Below, one piece after another: positions 48,829-49,246 of a DNA stretch of 49,246 bases. The notes under the pieces were generated by a model. It searched no databases, was not told the DNA's origin, and saw only the letters and a list, made by a program, of their open reading frames with translations. Made by a program: the position numbers and the translations under genes. Source of the stretch: Seison nebaliae (taxonomy: Eukaryota); the NCBI GenBank assembly GCA_023231475.1, contig JALJEE010001187.1, forward strand, positions 1 through 49,246, in the 5' to 3' direction. Position 1 is the stretch's first letter. Each line of letters begins with the position of its first letter.

Positions 48829-49246
48829 TTACCAATTTTTAATAAAAATCTGTATTTTTGGGTTATCGAGGATGCTGAAGAAGATAGGGTAATTTAAATT
48901 TTTCAATCAAGTAAAATTTCTTGGATAATGCAAAAAAACCCTTTTCGAACAATGCTCAATAATTACATAATTATTGGATTTTTAAAATTTTTTTTTTAAT
49001 AATCTGTATCACTTCTTCATGCGGAAACCGAATATTCTACTTAAAATTAGATACTTTTAAAATTTCTCAACCTATAATATTATTTTCGAATCTCAAAAAT
49101 AGATGAAAATGAAGTTTGTTAATTAATCGATTATTTGACGACGATTTTTAAATTTATTTTTGTCGAAGTTAGAACTATTTGAAAGAGCTTGAATTGGGCT
49201 ATCTAACAGTATGCTCCCTTAAGCATATAATGCTATTTGAAGAAAG

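Noticed and set aside
1..49246. tRNA, rRNA or snRNA (U1/U6) genes; alternative genetic code
   Set aside because: None recognised by eye (a covariance-model scan is needed). Long ORFs translate cleanly with the standard code, and apparent stops in split genes are explained by introns.

Overview
AT-rich, compact eukaryotic (animal, probably invertebrate) genomic DNA; the species cannot be determined from sequence alone. I read 12 protein-coding genes: a class A peptide GPCR; a 2,094-aa single-ORF protein with a C-terminal SOCS-box-like motif; two tandem CDK5-activator (p35-family) paralogues; XBP1; NAXD; HYOU1/GRP170; FoxC; FAM221A; a PPxY single-pass membrane protein; ATG9; and a 4-exon unknown gene. 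There are repeat or transposon relics at both ends. Two observations stand out. (1) All 21 spliceosomal introns I could reconstruct by hand (5 genes, mostly 40-55 nt) begin GTT instead of GTR, with little conservation at -1 or +5, while canonical-looking GTAAG/GTATG sites inside exons go unused. This suggests a rewired 5' splice-site code. (2) XBP1 has a textbook IRE1 bifurcated stem-loop, but the unconventional intron is only 17 nt and is followed by ~1.25 kb of dual-frame coding sequence. XBP1 lies ~2 kb from HYOU1, and the two promoters share TGACGTGT motifs. All exon structures are manual predictions without RNA evidence.
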